64,000 bases of DNA from Octopus sinensis. Lineage: Eukaryota. A model generated the notes under the pieces. The model had not been told where the DNA came from and did not search any database. It saw nothing but the letters and a program-made list of their open reading frames with translations. Made by a program: the position numbers and the translations under genes. Of the stretch, positions 48,446-62,573 are shown in pieces (the stretch's first letter is position 1; each line of letters begins with the position of its first letter). The stretch spans positions 1 through 64,000 of the forward strand of contig NC_043004.1 of NCBI RefSeq assembly GCF_006345805.1. Direction: 5' to 3'.

Positions 48446-51107
48446 GAGAGAGAGAGAGAAAGAGAGCAGTGGAAGGAGTCCAAGGAGGGGTACCTCCTTC
48501 AGGAATGGTGAAGCTCTGGATAAGGATAAGGATATTTAATTGGAAGAAGTCTGCTTGGTAACCTTAATTAAGGGTCAAATATTTGATTTCTGTGTGTATG
48601 TGTAAGTGAATGGGGCATCTGTCTCCAAAACTCCAAAGTTGAGTAACGTTTCCATGCTTGGATTTGTAAACTGCGAAAAGAATAACACTGGTCAACAAAC
48701 AATTAGTCCCAAGGAACAGAATTTTTTTGTTTTTAACGTTTTTGCTTGTAGAATTCAAAAATAATGTCAAATTATCTTTATCACCCACAGTTACTCTGTT
48801 CCTGTTATGTGGGTTAAATTTCAGTTAAGCTGTTGAAATGTGAAGCTAACGGCTTAAGAAATACTCCTAAATTAAATTTTTATGAATAGAATTAACCTAT
48901 GAAATCATAAATCCAGCTATCTGAATCAATGAGTACCCAAAATATATAAAATGAAAATATGTAAAAATACTAACACACAGAAAAAAGCACAGAAAAATAT
49001 GTAACGCAGAAATATTAAAACAAACACGCGGTTGAAAAGAATCTCGTGGTGTGAAGGAATTACGAGTGAAAACAGTGAGACACAACACAGCGTGTGGTTG
49101 TCATGGTAAAAAGCTGCTAATGCCATGCTGTCTGCTGATTGGCTAAAATTACCTAAATTTCCCAAATTTAATGCCTAATAACATCAGATTCTTTAATTTA
49201 CCAAATAAAGTAATTGGTTGATCGTAATCAATATTCAGAGTTGCATCGATACACTAAAATCGAAAGCAATCTGAGCAAAATTAATAGGGGCTCATTTTGC
49301 AAATGAGAAAGATTAGATCTAGGCATTGCCTTCAAGACATATCTTTTTCCCTTCAGCTGAACAACTCGACCACAGGACTTTTTTTTTTAAGTCTGTAATT
49401 ATTTCTATCAGTGTCTTTTGCTGAACCACTAGATTACGGGGGACGTAAACAAACCAACGCCAGTTGTCAAGCGGTGTGGGGGACAAACACAAAACACACA
49501 CACGATGGGCTTTTATTTACAGTTTTCGTCCAGAAGAGTCTTGCCCGAGTTGCCGCGCATTAAGATTGAACCGCAAGCCACGTGATTGCAAAGCGAGCTT
49601 CTTAACTGCACAACCGAGCCTGCGCCTGTATTTACATACAACCAGACATCCAACACGACTGCATTAAGAGACTATTTAGAGAGAAATGCCGGTTATAGTC
49701 GTACCATTTTTTCATCCCCCCCTCTCTCTCTCTCTTCTCTCGCAGACAATTCTAACGTTTGATCATTCTCTCTGCTACTGCACCAGAAATGAAAACAGAA
49801 AAACGTAAAGAGAAAAAAAAAAAAAATTTTAACGGAAGAAAAGCGAAAAACGCTTCGTCTAAACGGGCTTATTATATAGATGGCTGATATCAGATAAAAC
49901 TCAGTAAATTTGTGACATATGGAGCGTGGAAGCACCGTCGTCTTCTCACAAAGCTTCTCTCTCTCTAATCCACACAACTACTACAAGTCGTTCTTATGAA
50001 GCGGTTGACTAAGATAACAAGCATCAGACATGGAATATGTCATACTTAACTAAAGATCGGAAACAGATTTACATTACTGATGTGGAAGCTTATACTACTA
50101 TTATTATTATTATTATTATTATTATATTATTATTATTATTATTATTATTAAGGCGGCGAGTTGGCAGAATAGTTAGTTAGCACGTCGGACAAAATGCTCA
50201 ACGGCGTTTCTTCCGGCTCTTTACGTTCTGTGTTCAAATTCCACCGAAGTCGACTTTGCTTTTCATCCTTTCGGGGTCGATAAATTAAATGCCAGTCTTG
50301 TACTGAAGTCACATTAAATCGAATTGCCCGTTTCCCTTAAAATTGCTGGCCTCGTGCCAAAAACTAGGAAGAATTACTATCATCGTCAGAGCGTCGGGAA
50401 AAAATGCATTACAGCAGGACTTTTTACGTTCTGAGTTCAAATTATACTGATGTCATCTTTGCGCTTCATTTTTCGTGGGGCTGAAATAACGTGCCAGTGA
50501 AGCACTGGGGTCGAGGATATCAACAAAACGCCCCCCCCCTACAAAATTACTGGCCTTCTGCTTAAACTAGAAACCATTAATATTGTTATTACTTGTTGAT
50601 TTTGTTGTTGTCGATGATGATGATGATGCGTTTTGTTAGAGCCACATTATCCATTTATAATCACACGCACTATTTATTGTTCACTCGCTGTGTGGTTAAG
50701 ACGTTTTCTTCACAACCACATGGTTCTGGGTTCAGTCCCACTGCGTGGCGTGGCACCTTGGGCAAATGTTTTCTTCTGTAGTCTTGAGCTGACCAAAGCC
50801 TTTGTGAGTGGATTTGGTACATGAAAACTGAAAGATATGTATACCATCATCATCATCATCCATTAACGTCTGTTTTCCATGCTGGTATGGGTTAGACGGT
50901 TTGATAGGAGCTGGAAAGATGGAGGGTTGCACCAGGTTCCAATTGTCTGTTTTGGCATGGTTTCTATGGCTAGATTCTCATCCTTAATGCCAACCACTTT
51001 ACGGAGTGTACTGGGTGCTTTTTACATAGCACCAGTGTGTAAATATGTGTGTGTCTATATATATATATGTATATATGTATGTATATTATCTCTCTCTCTC
51101 TCTTTCC

Positions 51108-51143
<36 letters not shown>

Positions 51144-51147
51144 GTAT

Positions 51148-51225
<78 letters not shown>

Positions 51226-51948
51226 CAACATGCATGCATGTGTGTTTTGTGTGTGTGTGAGTTGGCGTCTACTTGACTTGACAGTGCACGATAGTTGTAA
51301 ATGAGTGCCACCATACAAATGGTATCATTCTTTTCCTATATAATGTGAAAACACGTCTGGCCAGGGGGAAATATCACGTTGCTTAGAAACGAAGCGAGTG
51401 TTGAAAATAGGAAGGGCGTCCGGCTGTAGAAAATTTGCCTCGTGGAATTCCTTCTGTTCAAGCAAGTATGGAAAAGCAAACGTGAAGTGAATGAGGGTGT
51501 TGATATCCTCAAAGGGCGTTAATTGCTTCTTGTCGATTAACGCCGTTATTCCTTCTTCTCCTAAACCAATGGTAACAAAACTTGTTGATCGGACAATGCA
51601 TTTGAAAGGGGGTTGATTTATTGATTTCTTGCTTTTATTTATTATTAATGTTTTTTGGTTTTATTAAGACAGTGGGTCAACAGAATGGTTACCGCGCAGG
51701 GCAAAAAGCTTAGCACTATTCCTTCTGGCTCTTTACGTTCTAAGTTCAAATTTCCCCGAGGTCGGCTTTGCTTTTCATCCTTTCGGATGTTGGTAAAATA
51801 AGTACCAGTTGAATACTGGTGTCAACGTAATCTACTGAACTCCCTTCTCCACTGAAATTACTGGCTTTGTGTCAAAATTTGAAACAAATGTTCTTTGTCT
51901 TTAAAGAATCGTCGTGTGAGTGAAGGATTGCCCAGGCCTAAGTCAAAA

Positions 51949-51989
<41 letters not shown>

Positions 51990-53173
51990 CATCATTGTTG
52001 TTGTTGTTTTAGTTGTTAAGGTGGCGAGCTAGCAGAATCGTTAGCATACCAGGTGACACGCTTAGCGGTATTTCACCCATCGCTCTGTTCTGAGTTCAAA
52101 TTCCACTGAGGACGACTTTACCTTTCATCCTTTCGGGGGTTGATAAAGCAAGTACCAGTTGAATGCTGGGGTCGATGTAATCGACTGAGCTCCCTTCCCC
52201 ACCGAAATTACTGGCCTTGTGTCAAAATTTGAAACAAATGTTCTTTGTAATATTTTATTTTATCCGTGGCAACCCCGATTTGAGTATGGCGGATTATGCT
52301 GTTTTAAGATCTAAAACGAAAACATGCGATTACATTCGAGATGTAGGGAGATATTAGTTGTGAGGAAGTTTTGACTGTTACATTTGGCGAGTCGAGAACT
52401 TGATTCGTTGGTTGTATTGCTGGGTCACAGAGACCTCACCAAAGATTGACTTCATATATTTTCATGTAAAAGTTATGCTTAAATAGTTTTATCCTTACTT
52501 TCAACAGCAATAGAAGTGCACATCGTAGGGTAAATATAAGCTTCTAAGAATTCAAGAGGAACAAAAATTAAACAAAAACAACATTGCTATAGATTAAATT
52601 AGCGATGTTGGTGTTTGTAGTTGTAACATTGGTGGTGGTGGTGGTGGTGGTGGTGGTGCTGTTGATCATTATCGTGACAAATATTTGAAACGTTCCTTTG
52701 CTTCCGTTCTTTATCTTATAATCTACAAAAAAAAAAGTCGACTAGAAATTACCACCCTTGAAAATTACTTCTATAAATGGTAGGCAGCGAAATTATGAAA
52801 ATTAATAATATTATTCTACTTTCAGTAATTAACAAAATTTTATATTCAAAATTGTTGCGATGTGAGAAACTGAATCTTCGGATAGCCATTTCACATCCAA
52901 AGAACCCCTCGTTGGTGCATGAGACAAAGTTTCTTCTATAAAACACTACATTTAAGCTTCAAGGTCTCAATTCACAATATAACAAGTTAATGGGACACAG
53001 TCTTGACTGCATCACGTTTCTTATACAGGCTTTTCATAAATTATCTCTGCAATTTTCACAATTCATTGTAATGTATCATCTAGATCTGTTGCGTGCAACT
53101 AATGGAGCCCACGTGGAAGTAGTCTAGTGTTTCAAATTAAACTTCATTTGTTTTCCAATAAACTCTTGAGGAC

Positions 53174-53330
53174 TTGGAGTAAATATTGTTTGCCAACATA
53201 ACAAGGCAGTACTGGTTTAGGACGTGTCATACAGCCAGCTGGAGACGGTGTCTCCTGGGGGCTAAATTACAGCGACATTTGTCCTAAACCAGGACTGCTA
53301 TGTTATGTTGGCAAAAAATCTTTACTCCAA
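53174..53330. repeat. Imperfect foldback
   Basis: Arms of about 55 bp (TTGGAGTAAA...TTTAGGAC / GTCCTAAA...TTTACTCCAA) enclose an inner GGAGAC-GGT-GTCTCC hairpin. Confidence 0.85.
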
Positions 53331-53703
53331 AATACTGTTGCTGAATATCTCACGTTGTGAAATTTAAAAATAGTAATTTTCTTGCAGAGTTAATCCTTAT
53401 TTTTCAATTTTTTTTCTGAATTTTACAAACTGCAAAGTTAATTTATGGACATCCTGTACTTTTAATAGGAAGATAACATCAATGAGTTTTCTTCTATCTT
53501 TTATTTCTTACTTATTCAAACTGAGGCCATGCTGGGGCACCGCCCTGGTGAGCTTAGTCGAATAAATAAGCCCCAGAACGTATTTCTAAGCCTGGCAATT
53601 ATTCTGTCGGTCTCTTTCATCGAACCGCTATGTTATAGGGACTTAAACAAACCAGCACCAATGTAGGCAAGATAAACAGACACATATGCACAGATATATA
53701 TAT

Positions 53704-53750
<47 letters not shown>

Positions 53751-54302
53751 TATATACATACATATTATATTCTATATATATGAGTACATATATCTATACA
53801 TACATACACACACACATATATATATATATAATATATGTATGTATGTATGTATGTATTCACACATACATATATTTACGACGGGCTACCCCTAAAACGTTTT
53901 GTCTACCAATTCTTTCACAAAGCGTTAGTCACCTCAGGGCTAAGATAGAAGGCACTTGTCCAAAGTGTTGCAGCGTGGGACTGAACCAGAACCTCAGGGT
54001 TTCAAAGCAAGCGTCTAAACCACACAGCCAGGCCTTCGCCTAGAAGCAAACATAAAACATACAACATGTGCGATGAGGCTTTATAGGTTACACACACACA
54101 CATACACTATAGATATGCGCATTGAGATGTATGGACGAGAATAAAGAGTACTCAATACGCTGTGGCGAAGTGTAAATTTCATTCGCAGTTGTTTGAAATT
54201 CATTCTGAACGAACAGACACACACGAAGAATTCTGAATTGCATCGAAGTGAATCATCAGCTTCGAATGAAGATTTTATCTAGACATACATGCATATAAGT
54301 GT

Positions 54303-54355
<53 letters not shown>

Positions 54356-54813
54356 CAGTAGTCCGACGAAAAGCAAGCAATCCAAGACTTCAATGTCATA
54401 GTCACCCAAGTAACATGTATTCCACTAAAAAGTATTGAGAAATATTTGGGTTTCATATTAAATTGTTTTTATACACTTGTTGTGTTTGGGGAGAACCATT
54501 CTCTTTTACTGCCTTATAATTTAATACACGCACCGGTAAAATTTCCGCTCATTTATTTAGTTTTCTATTTGTTTTTATAGATATCTTTCAGATGAACGCA
54601 AACAGCATTAATGTATATCTGTCTGTCTGTATGTATGTATGTTATTATGTATGTATGTATGTATGTATGTAAGTAAGTGTGTATGTACATATATACTGTG
54701 TGTGCGTTTTGATCCATACATGTGATACATTACTTGAGTGCCCGTCTTTCCTTTGTCTACTAGCATATATATATATGTATAAATACATACACACACACAT
54801 ATATTATATACAT

Positions 54814-54851
<38 letters not shown>

Positions 54852-55310
54852 GTGTGTGTGTGTGTATATGTATGTATCTATCTATCTATCTATATATATA
54901 TATATACGCCAACACCTAAAAATGATCAGAAATGGCCCCAACGGAAAGAAAGTAGTATTAACGTGTTTGGTCTTTCAATTTTACTCAACTAATCAATGAA
55001 TAGATTGAGTAAATATATCGATGACGAACCAGTAAGGACTACTGGAAACAGCTGTAAGTCAGATTCGCTGCAACAAAGGAAAATATGCAATGGGCATTAT
55101 TTATACCCTGTCTTCTGTATCGCTCTGGGTAAAAACCAGTATAATTGGAGCACAGCCATGGATTTACACTATAGAATGATGATGAACTGTGGCATCGGAC
55201 CCTACTACAAGAATACGTTCCTAATCTAAACAACATTGTTAGCCTGGTGTATTAACTGAAAGTTTATGAAGTATTTAGCCCGGACTGATAATCCTTCACT
55301 GATAACTTTG

Positions 55311-55344
<34 letters not shown>

Positions 55345-55387
55345 TCACACACACACATAACAAAAGAGGCAGCCGGTGTTTCCTTTC

Positions 55388-55427
<40 letters not shown>

Positions 55428-55428
<1 letters not shown>

Positions 55429-55820
55429 TCCAGGAGTGGCTGTGGGGTAAGAAGCCTACATCCCAACCACATGGTTCTGGGTTCAGTCTCACTGTGTGGC
55501 CCTTTGGGCTTGTGTCTTCTCCTATAGCCCCGGACCGACCAAAGCCTTGTGAGTGGATTTGGTAGACGGAAACTGAGAGAAGCCCGTCGTATATATATTA
55601 TATATATATATATAATGTTTGTATGTATTTGTGTGTGTGTGCTTGTCTCCCACCATGGCTTGACAATCGATGTTGGTGTATTTATCTCCCCGACAACATT
55701 AGCGATTCGGCAAAAGAGACCGATAGAATAAGTACTAAGCTAACAAAGAATACGCCCTGGGATCGATTTGTTCGATTAAAGGCTTGGTCACAGTCAAATA
55801 ACCGAAACAAAAAAAATTGA
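55428..55820 (+). mobile_element. SINE family A copy
   Basis: Head, body and tail match. Confidence 0.85.
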
Positions 55821-56282
55821 ACAATAAAAGAATATACATATATATATTATGTGTTTGTAAGAGTATATTTCACATAGACTTACACATATACATACATACT
55901 TACGTACATACATACTTTCATACATACATACATAATACATACATACGTACGTACATATATTCATACACACATACATACATACATAATATATACGTACACA
56001 CATACATACACACATGCATACGTACATACATTCATACATACATAGACACATGCATACATACATGCATACATACACACATGCATACATACATACGCAGATA
56101 CATACATACATACACACACACATGCACACACACTTGCATGCATACAAACATACATACGCGCTCACAAAAATGTCTAACCTGCATAAAGTGTTCATATCGT
56201 TTTCAGAAGCCATTAAACTGGTTTATTGTGCCTGCAGTAAACGACATTCTCATATATTAACACGTTATTTACTCTCGCTAAA

Positions 56283-56325
<43 letters not shown>

Positions 56326-56354
56326 TGTGTGTGTGTGGTGTGTGTGTGTGTATA

Positions 56355-56387
<33 letters not shown>

Positions 56388-56569
56388 ATATATATAATAT
56401 ATAATAAAACATTACATATCTATATCTACTAGTCCGGAACGTTCTCTGTGGGATATGCCCGATGTAGTTCAGGTTTCCACCGCTACAAGCCTTGATGCGA
56501 CCCTCAGGCATCTCTCCGCCGACCGGTCCTCCTGTGAGGTCGTACTGCCACGTGGTGTGCCTTTGTTTT

Positions 56570-56735
56570 GCAGTACTTCTCCCTCTGTGCGTCGATTTTT
56601 GTGATGGCTTCTAACTGCTTACAAGGACGCTGCCACGAGCAAAACACAAGTTTACGAGTGGTTTCTACGAAGACTGTCAACCTGCCGAACGAATGAAAGC
56701 ATCATGAAAATTCATAAACTGCTCTTGTAGCACCG
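56570..56735 (+). pseudogene. Mariner transposase N-terminal (HTH) fragment
   Basis: AYKDAATSKTQVYEWF...STCRTNESIMKIHKLLL resembles the mariner YG..A.SKTQVYEWF..F / RPSTSRT..NI..I..L motifs. Confidence 0.55.
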
Positions 56736-57007
56736 ACTATTTTTACTCCTTTGTTTAGACTTACGTTAGTCTTGATCGATTGGACATAAGATCGAAGGCG
56801 TTACAGCTTTGATTAAACCACTTTTTTTTTCTTTTTTTCCCCAGAAAGTAGATTCTGAAACACATCAGTAAATGTGGTTTCCTTGTCTTTAATTAGCATT
56901 TGGTTGCTATTTATAGCAAGTCCATCGACCATATAAGAGGCTCCCTCGTCGGTTTTGACAGGACTTTGGTGTCTGATATAGATTTAGCACACACTCTCTC
57001 TCTCTTT

Positions 57008-57055
<48 letters not shown>

Positions 57056-57864
57056 AGTCTATATGCTCCTTTAAAAATATCACTTACAATGGAGGACGAT
57101 GCGCTCTGTGGCTCGCCGTAGTCTGTTAAACCAGCCAAACCATGTCAACATAGCAAACTGACGTTAAATGATGATGATGATGATGACGATGACGACGACA
57201 ATAATGATGATTTAAATTCAATGAAATATAATCATAATCTTGGCAAAATTTACTTTGATATTTACCCAAAGAAATCTATAGAAAATGATAGCGTTAATTA
57301 CGTAAAGAAAATAATAAATATATAATGATCTTTATGTTTCCCAAATATAATGCCACACATTTACCTCCAAGACATTCTGTTGGATTCAAAGACGGCCTGA
57401 AGATAGAAACCTCTGTATGAAGCAATCTCTTTAGTAAGTTCATAATAAGCTTAGATACATCCCCAAAAATACATCGGCAGAATCTCTGCTCGGTCACTCC
57501 AAATATCCTCTAAATCATACATTGTTGTTTAAAATTAAAAAAAAAAAGTACTTTGAATAAGTTAGTCCTAGATAATCTTGGAAACAAGAAAGTGGATCAC
57601 AGTTACGAAGTCTTTGATCAAAGGTCGGCTTAATCAATGTTGATGCTAGGTTAAACGACAACATTCAAGAGCAAAATGGCAGATATTTTGAGATCGTTGC
57701 TAATTAAACAAATAAAATATTGACTGAGACCCAACGGAGTTTTCACAGTTTCCATATTTGGGGAAGATATTGCTGAAGCTGTATATTTCTGGACCGTTCA
57801 TGTTACCATTTTTTTGTTTCTCAAAATATGATTCATCATAAGAAGCACACCCGCCATTCAAAAT

Positions 57865-58338
57865 AGACCTCACACATGGTTCCAGCAAGATGGGACAACT
57901 TCTCATACCGCAAGAGAAACAATGCAGTTGTTACTGCCGTACTTTGGAGAGAGAATAATCTCCTACTACGGTAATCTCAATTGGGCATCACGTTCTCTAG
58001 ACTTGTCTAGCCCCGATTTTTTCTGGTGGGGATACCTGAAAGAGAGGGTTTACATTATTAACCCTGGTGCGAGTGAAGGAGAACATCAATAGAGAAATCA
58101 GAGAATTGGGTCTGAAACTCTTGAGGGTGTTATGGTGCAAGTTTTGGAAAGAGCAAGGGCATGCGAAGCCAAAAATGGCTGTCATTTAAGCGATATAATT
58201 TTTCATGTGATATAGTAGTGTTGCAAAATTTGACTTCTGCATATTAATTTCCATTATATTGTATCAAAATTTCATGCATTTATTTGTAAAGTTAAGGAAG
58301 TTATTCAAAATTGAAACCCATTAGTGACTTTTGGGACT
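57865..58338 (+). pseudogene. 3' fragment of a DD41D (rosa/Visitor-type) Tc1/mariner transposase
   Basis: WFQQDGTTSHTARETMQLLLPYFGERIISYYGNLNWASRSLDLSSPDFFWWGYLKERVY...NGCHLSDIIF. There are 41 residues between the two Asp by hand count. Confidence 0.8.
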
Positions 58339-59243
58339 TTAGTGACTTATGCAAATGTGTCGTGTGTCTAAAAGGTTGCTTTTTCAGAAAAAAAGAGAAA
58401 TAGTTTCACCATTTCCTTTCATTTTTACATTAGCAACAGTTTCAGCTTAACAATAATACATTGTTGGGGGACCAACTCGTAACTCCATGCATGTATGATA
58501 TTTTCAGTGAGAAATATTTTTTGCAAAACTGTCGTATGTGGAGCTTTCTATATTTTTGTAAAATGCTAAACCATTATACTTCACTTTGACAGTTTTTGAT
58601 ATCTTGACATTTGAAGCAGCTGGAGATACGATAGTTTGACCAAAAGAACCGTCAATTGCAAGCAAAATTGGATATTGAAAACAATGCATTTGGCCAAATG
58701 TGGACATACGACAGTTTAATATAATAGCAACGATATATATATAATAATATATATATATATATATATATATAGTAAGTATGTATGTATGTATGTATGTTGT
58801 ATGTATGTATGTATGTATGTATGTATGTACATACGTATATAATCTTTTGACTTATTCTTTTTCAGTCTCTAGACTGCGGCCATGCTGGGGCGCCGCCTTG
58901 AAGAACTTTTAGTCACATGTATCGATTTCAGTTCTTTATTTTAAACCTTGCACTTATTCTATCGATTCCTTTGTCGAGTCGCTAAGTTACAGCGACGCCC
59001 GTCTCGTAAATATACACTATATATGACTATATATATATATATATATATATATAACGGTCACTAATTGTCACTGGCGTTGGTGAATAGCACCCCTATTGTA
59101 AGAAATAAGAGCTAAAGCACTTAAAGCTGCATGAAGTGCACAATTAGTGACGATTAAATTTATATTGCGCCTATCTGCATATAATAATTTATTTTGTTTA
59201 TGTTTTTTTTATATTTATATGTTGGTATTATATATATAGTACG

Positions 59244-59278
<35 letters not shown>

Positions 59279-59356
59279 TATATAAACATATATATGTATG
59301 CATATTAATATGGATTATACGTATATTGTATATGCATATGAAATAAATATGTATAT

Positions 59357-59401
<45 letters not shown>

Positions 59402-60059
59402 GGGGTGGGGGGTGCATGTATGTATAGATATTTGTGTAAATATATATGTTATATACGTAGTATATATATATATATTACACACATATTATATATATATATA
59501 TATATATGTATATGTATGATTATATGCATGTATGTATATATATATATATATATCCTTGATTATGTATGTGTGTTGTATTTAAGAACATGGTGCTAAGTTC
59601 CAAAGACCAGTTTGATGGATATCAATTTTTTTTTCAAACCCTGTCCAAACTCTTTTAATTCCCCACTAAACCGCCGCCACCACCACCTATAAAAAATAAT
59701 AACGATTAAAAAAAAAGAAAAGAAAATAACTTTGAGACTGTTTTTTCCCCGCGAGGAATAAATGCGATCACGAAAGAATTAAACTGTATTTATTTTATTC
59801 AATGTTTAATGAAAAGTCTAATTGTCACGAGTTTATGTAACTCTCGATCAATCGTGGCGGAGGAAAATGACGATTAAACGTTTTCTTGTTATCATCATTC
59901 TGTCTTTTTATTTTTTTGAGGTCCTGGGAGGTTTTTTACTCCTAGGATTCAATTATGTTATGCAGTGGTCCTTATGACCCCTGGCGTGGTGGTAGTGGTG
60001 GTGGTTGGGGGGTCTATATAAGATTTTAATTTTATTTTCATTTTTAATTATGTGTAATG

Positions 60060-60259
60060 TTCTTTTACTTGTTTCAGTCATTTGACTGCGGCCATGCTGG
60101 AGCTCCGCCTTTTAGTTGAACAAATCGAACCCAGGATTTATTCTTTGTGAAGCCTAGTACTTATCTTATCGGTCTCTTTAGACCGACCCGCTAGGTGACG
60201 AGGACGTAAACACACCAACATTGGCTGTCAAACAATGGCGAGGTGACACACACACACAC

Positions 60260-60316
<57 letters not shown>

Positions 60317-60415
60317 GAAGGGCTTCTTTCAGTTTCCGTCTACCAATTCCACTCACAAGGAACCCGGAACCATGTGGTTGGGAAGCAAGTTACTAACCAC
60401 ACAGCCACGTCTACG
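60060..60415 (-). mobile_element. SINE family A copy
   Basis: Reverse-complement match with an internal deletion. Confidence 0.85.
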
Positions 60416-61106
60416 CCTGTATGTTCTTTACACTTCTTTAATGCCTCAAATATCTTCATTTCATTTTTATGCATTTCCTAATAATATTCAATTCTAAAAA
60501 CATAATGGAATTTTTTTAAACATTGAATGGACATGAGAGTTCACTTGAGTAAAATTGGAAATCAAAGGTGGGGTGGGTGTCCATATGTAAAAAAAAAGAA
60601 AAAAAAACGGTTCAGAATCACAGGTCTGATGTGTTCCTGCTTTTTTAAACAATAGGGTGTAATATGAGGAATAGTAAAGTGTAATTTGTTATTCCAACTG
60701 GGCCAAGCAAAAATATAGAAGAGGATATGTAAGAAGCTCCAGTTTGGGCGACGAGATCGAAGAGATAACAATTCTAATAATAAATTTGCTTGTGGCTGTG
60801 TAGTAAGAAGCTTGGTTCCAGGTTCAGTCCCACTACGTGACACCATGGACGAGTGTCTTCTACTATAGCCTCGGGCCGACCAAAGCCTTGTGAATGGATT
60901 TGGTAGACAGGAACCGAAAGAAGCATTTGTGGGCACAGGACGTCATGAAACGTGTAAAACAAAAAAAATACGAAGCACGAGTACATGGAACATGAGCTAT
61001 TCTTCCGAACAACGAAAGACACAAATGGAAAACAAAACAAACAACATTAAGATTTTTTTTTGTTTCGTATTTCGAGCATTTAACAATATACGCTTTCGAT
61101 AAAAAG

Positions 61107-61139
61107 TTGCTCCATATGTATATGTATATATATGTTATG

Positions 61140-61215
<76 letters not shown>

Positions 61216-61216
61216 T

Positions 61217-61297
<81 letters not shown>

Positions 61298-61440
61298 ATA
61301 TATATATATATGTATACACACACACAGATATATATATATATGTGTGTGTGTGTATATATTATATATATTTATATATAAATATATATATATCAATATATAT
61401 ATTATATGTATATATATACATATATATATTTATATATGTT
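61107..61440. repeat. Degenerate (TA)n tract
   Basis: Direct reading. It is one of many (TA)n tracts. Confidence 0.97.
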
Positions 61441-61700
61441 TGTGGGTCTGTGTTTGTCTCCCCACCAACGCGTGACAACCGATGGTTGGCGTGTTTACAT
61501 CCCAGTAAATTAGCGGTGCTCCAGTATGGCCGCAGTCAAAATGACTGAAACAAGTAAAAGAAAGTGTTTTCTGCGAAACATTATGCTTTCCTTTTGATTA
61601 AGGCCCAGCGACAGGAGAGAGAGCCCCTACTTGCTCGATCGATCTACAAAGGAGTGATGATTTGAAGAAAACTGGGAAACTTTGACGTTACTCTTTAGCT

Positions 61701-61930
61701 CTGCAGTTCTCAACCATTTCTTACCAGTGCACCCGCTTCATTCTTATTTTACTCGGGTGGACCGCCATACTCTCCGATGTTTAAAAGAATTTCTATTATA
61801 TTTTTAGAATTAAATATAACCAGGGAATTGTGTATTACGGAAGCATAACCAACCCATTGCTCATAGGTTTCCATAACCAAATCTTATATGAACGCCCAAG
61901 GGTCATTTGGACCCAGGTTGAGAACTACTG
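61701..61930. mobile_element. hAT-type MITE
   Basis: TIRs CTGCAGTTCTCAACC / GGTTGAGAACTACTG match at 13 of 15 positions. Flanking 8-mers CTTTAGCT / CTCCAGCT match at 6 of 8. Confidence 0.7.
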
Positions 61931-62167
61931 CTCCAGCTGGTCGGCGTGACAGCATAGAATGTACCCTTTGTTGGTTCATGTATAATGGTAATTCTCAGGT
62001 TACCGTGTACCCTATTGATGGGGCTCTGACTTAATAAAAAGGAGAGAACTTGCGAAGTGTACTTTGACAGAAGGAATATTAATTAAAACACATATCTAAA
62101 CGCCTATCAACATTACCGGATACAAATACAAATCATTAATAAATAAACATATGTGTATGTATGCGCG

Positions 62168-62209
<42 letters not shown>

Positions 62210-62255
62210 GTATATATAGATATATATAGATATACGCACTTTGACATAATAGAAA

Positions 62256-62287
<32 letters not shown>

Positions 62288-62537
62288 CGTTTCTATTATG
62301 CAAAAGTATCGTAAGTCCAAAAGGTTGCTTTTGCAGAAATGTAAAAATAGTTTTCACCATTCCATACCAAAACTGTTGTATTACACTTTGACAATTTTGA
62401 TATCTTTGCATCTAAAGCAGCTGGAGATACGATAGTTTAACCAAAAGAACCGGCTATTACAAGTAAAAAAAAATACTGAAAAAAAACCCCCGCATTTGGC
62501 CAAACTTGGACATACGAACAGTTAAAACTAATAACCA

Positions 62538-62540
<3 letters not shown>
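62288..62540. mobile_element. Short element inserted in (TA)n with imperfect TIRs; second copy at about 58345-58735
   Basis: Both copies share AGCAGCTGGAGATACGATAGTTT.ACCAAAAGAAC and GCATTTGGCCAAA.TGGACATACG. The termini TATATCGT...TCGTA.GTCCAA occur in inverted orientation. Confidence 0.65.

Positions 62541-62573
<33 letters not shown>

Noticed and set aside
54960-55310. Unique block with short ORFs on both strands as a candidate for the missing vestigial exon
   Set aside because: No Tondu motif or convincing splice pair was found. A faint resemblance to an LTR integrase C-terminus (DELWHRTLLQEYVPNL) is too weak to call.
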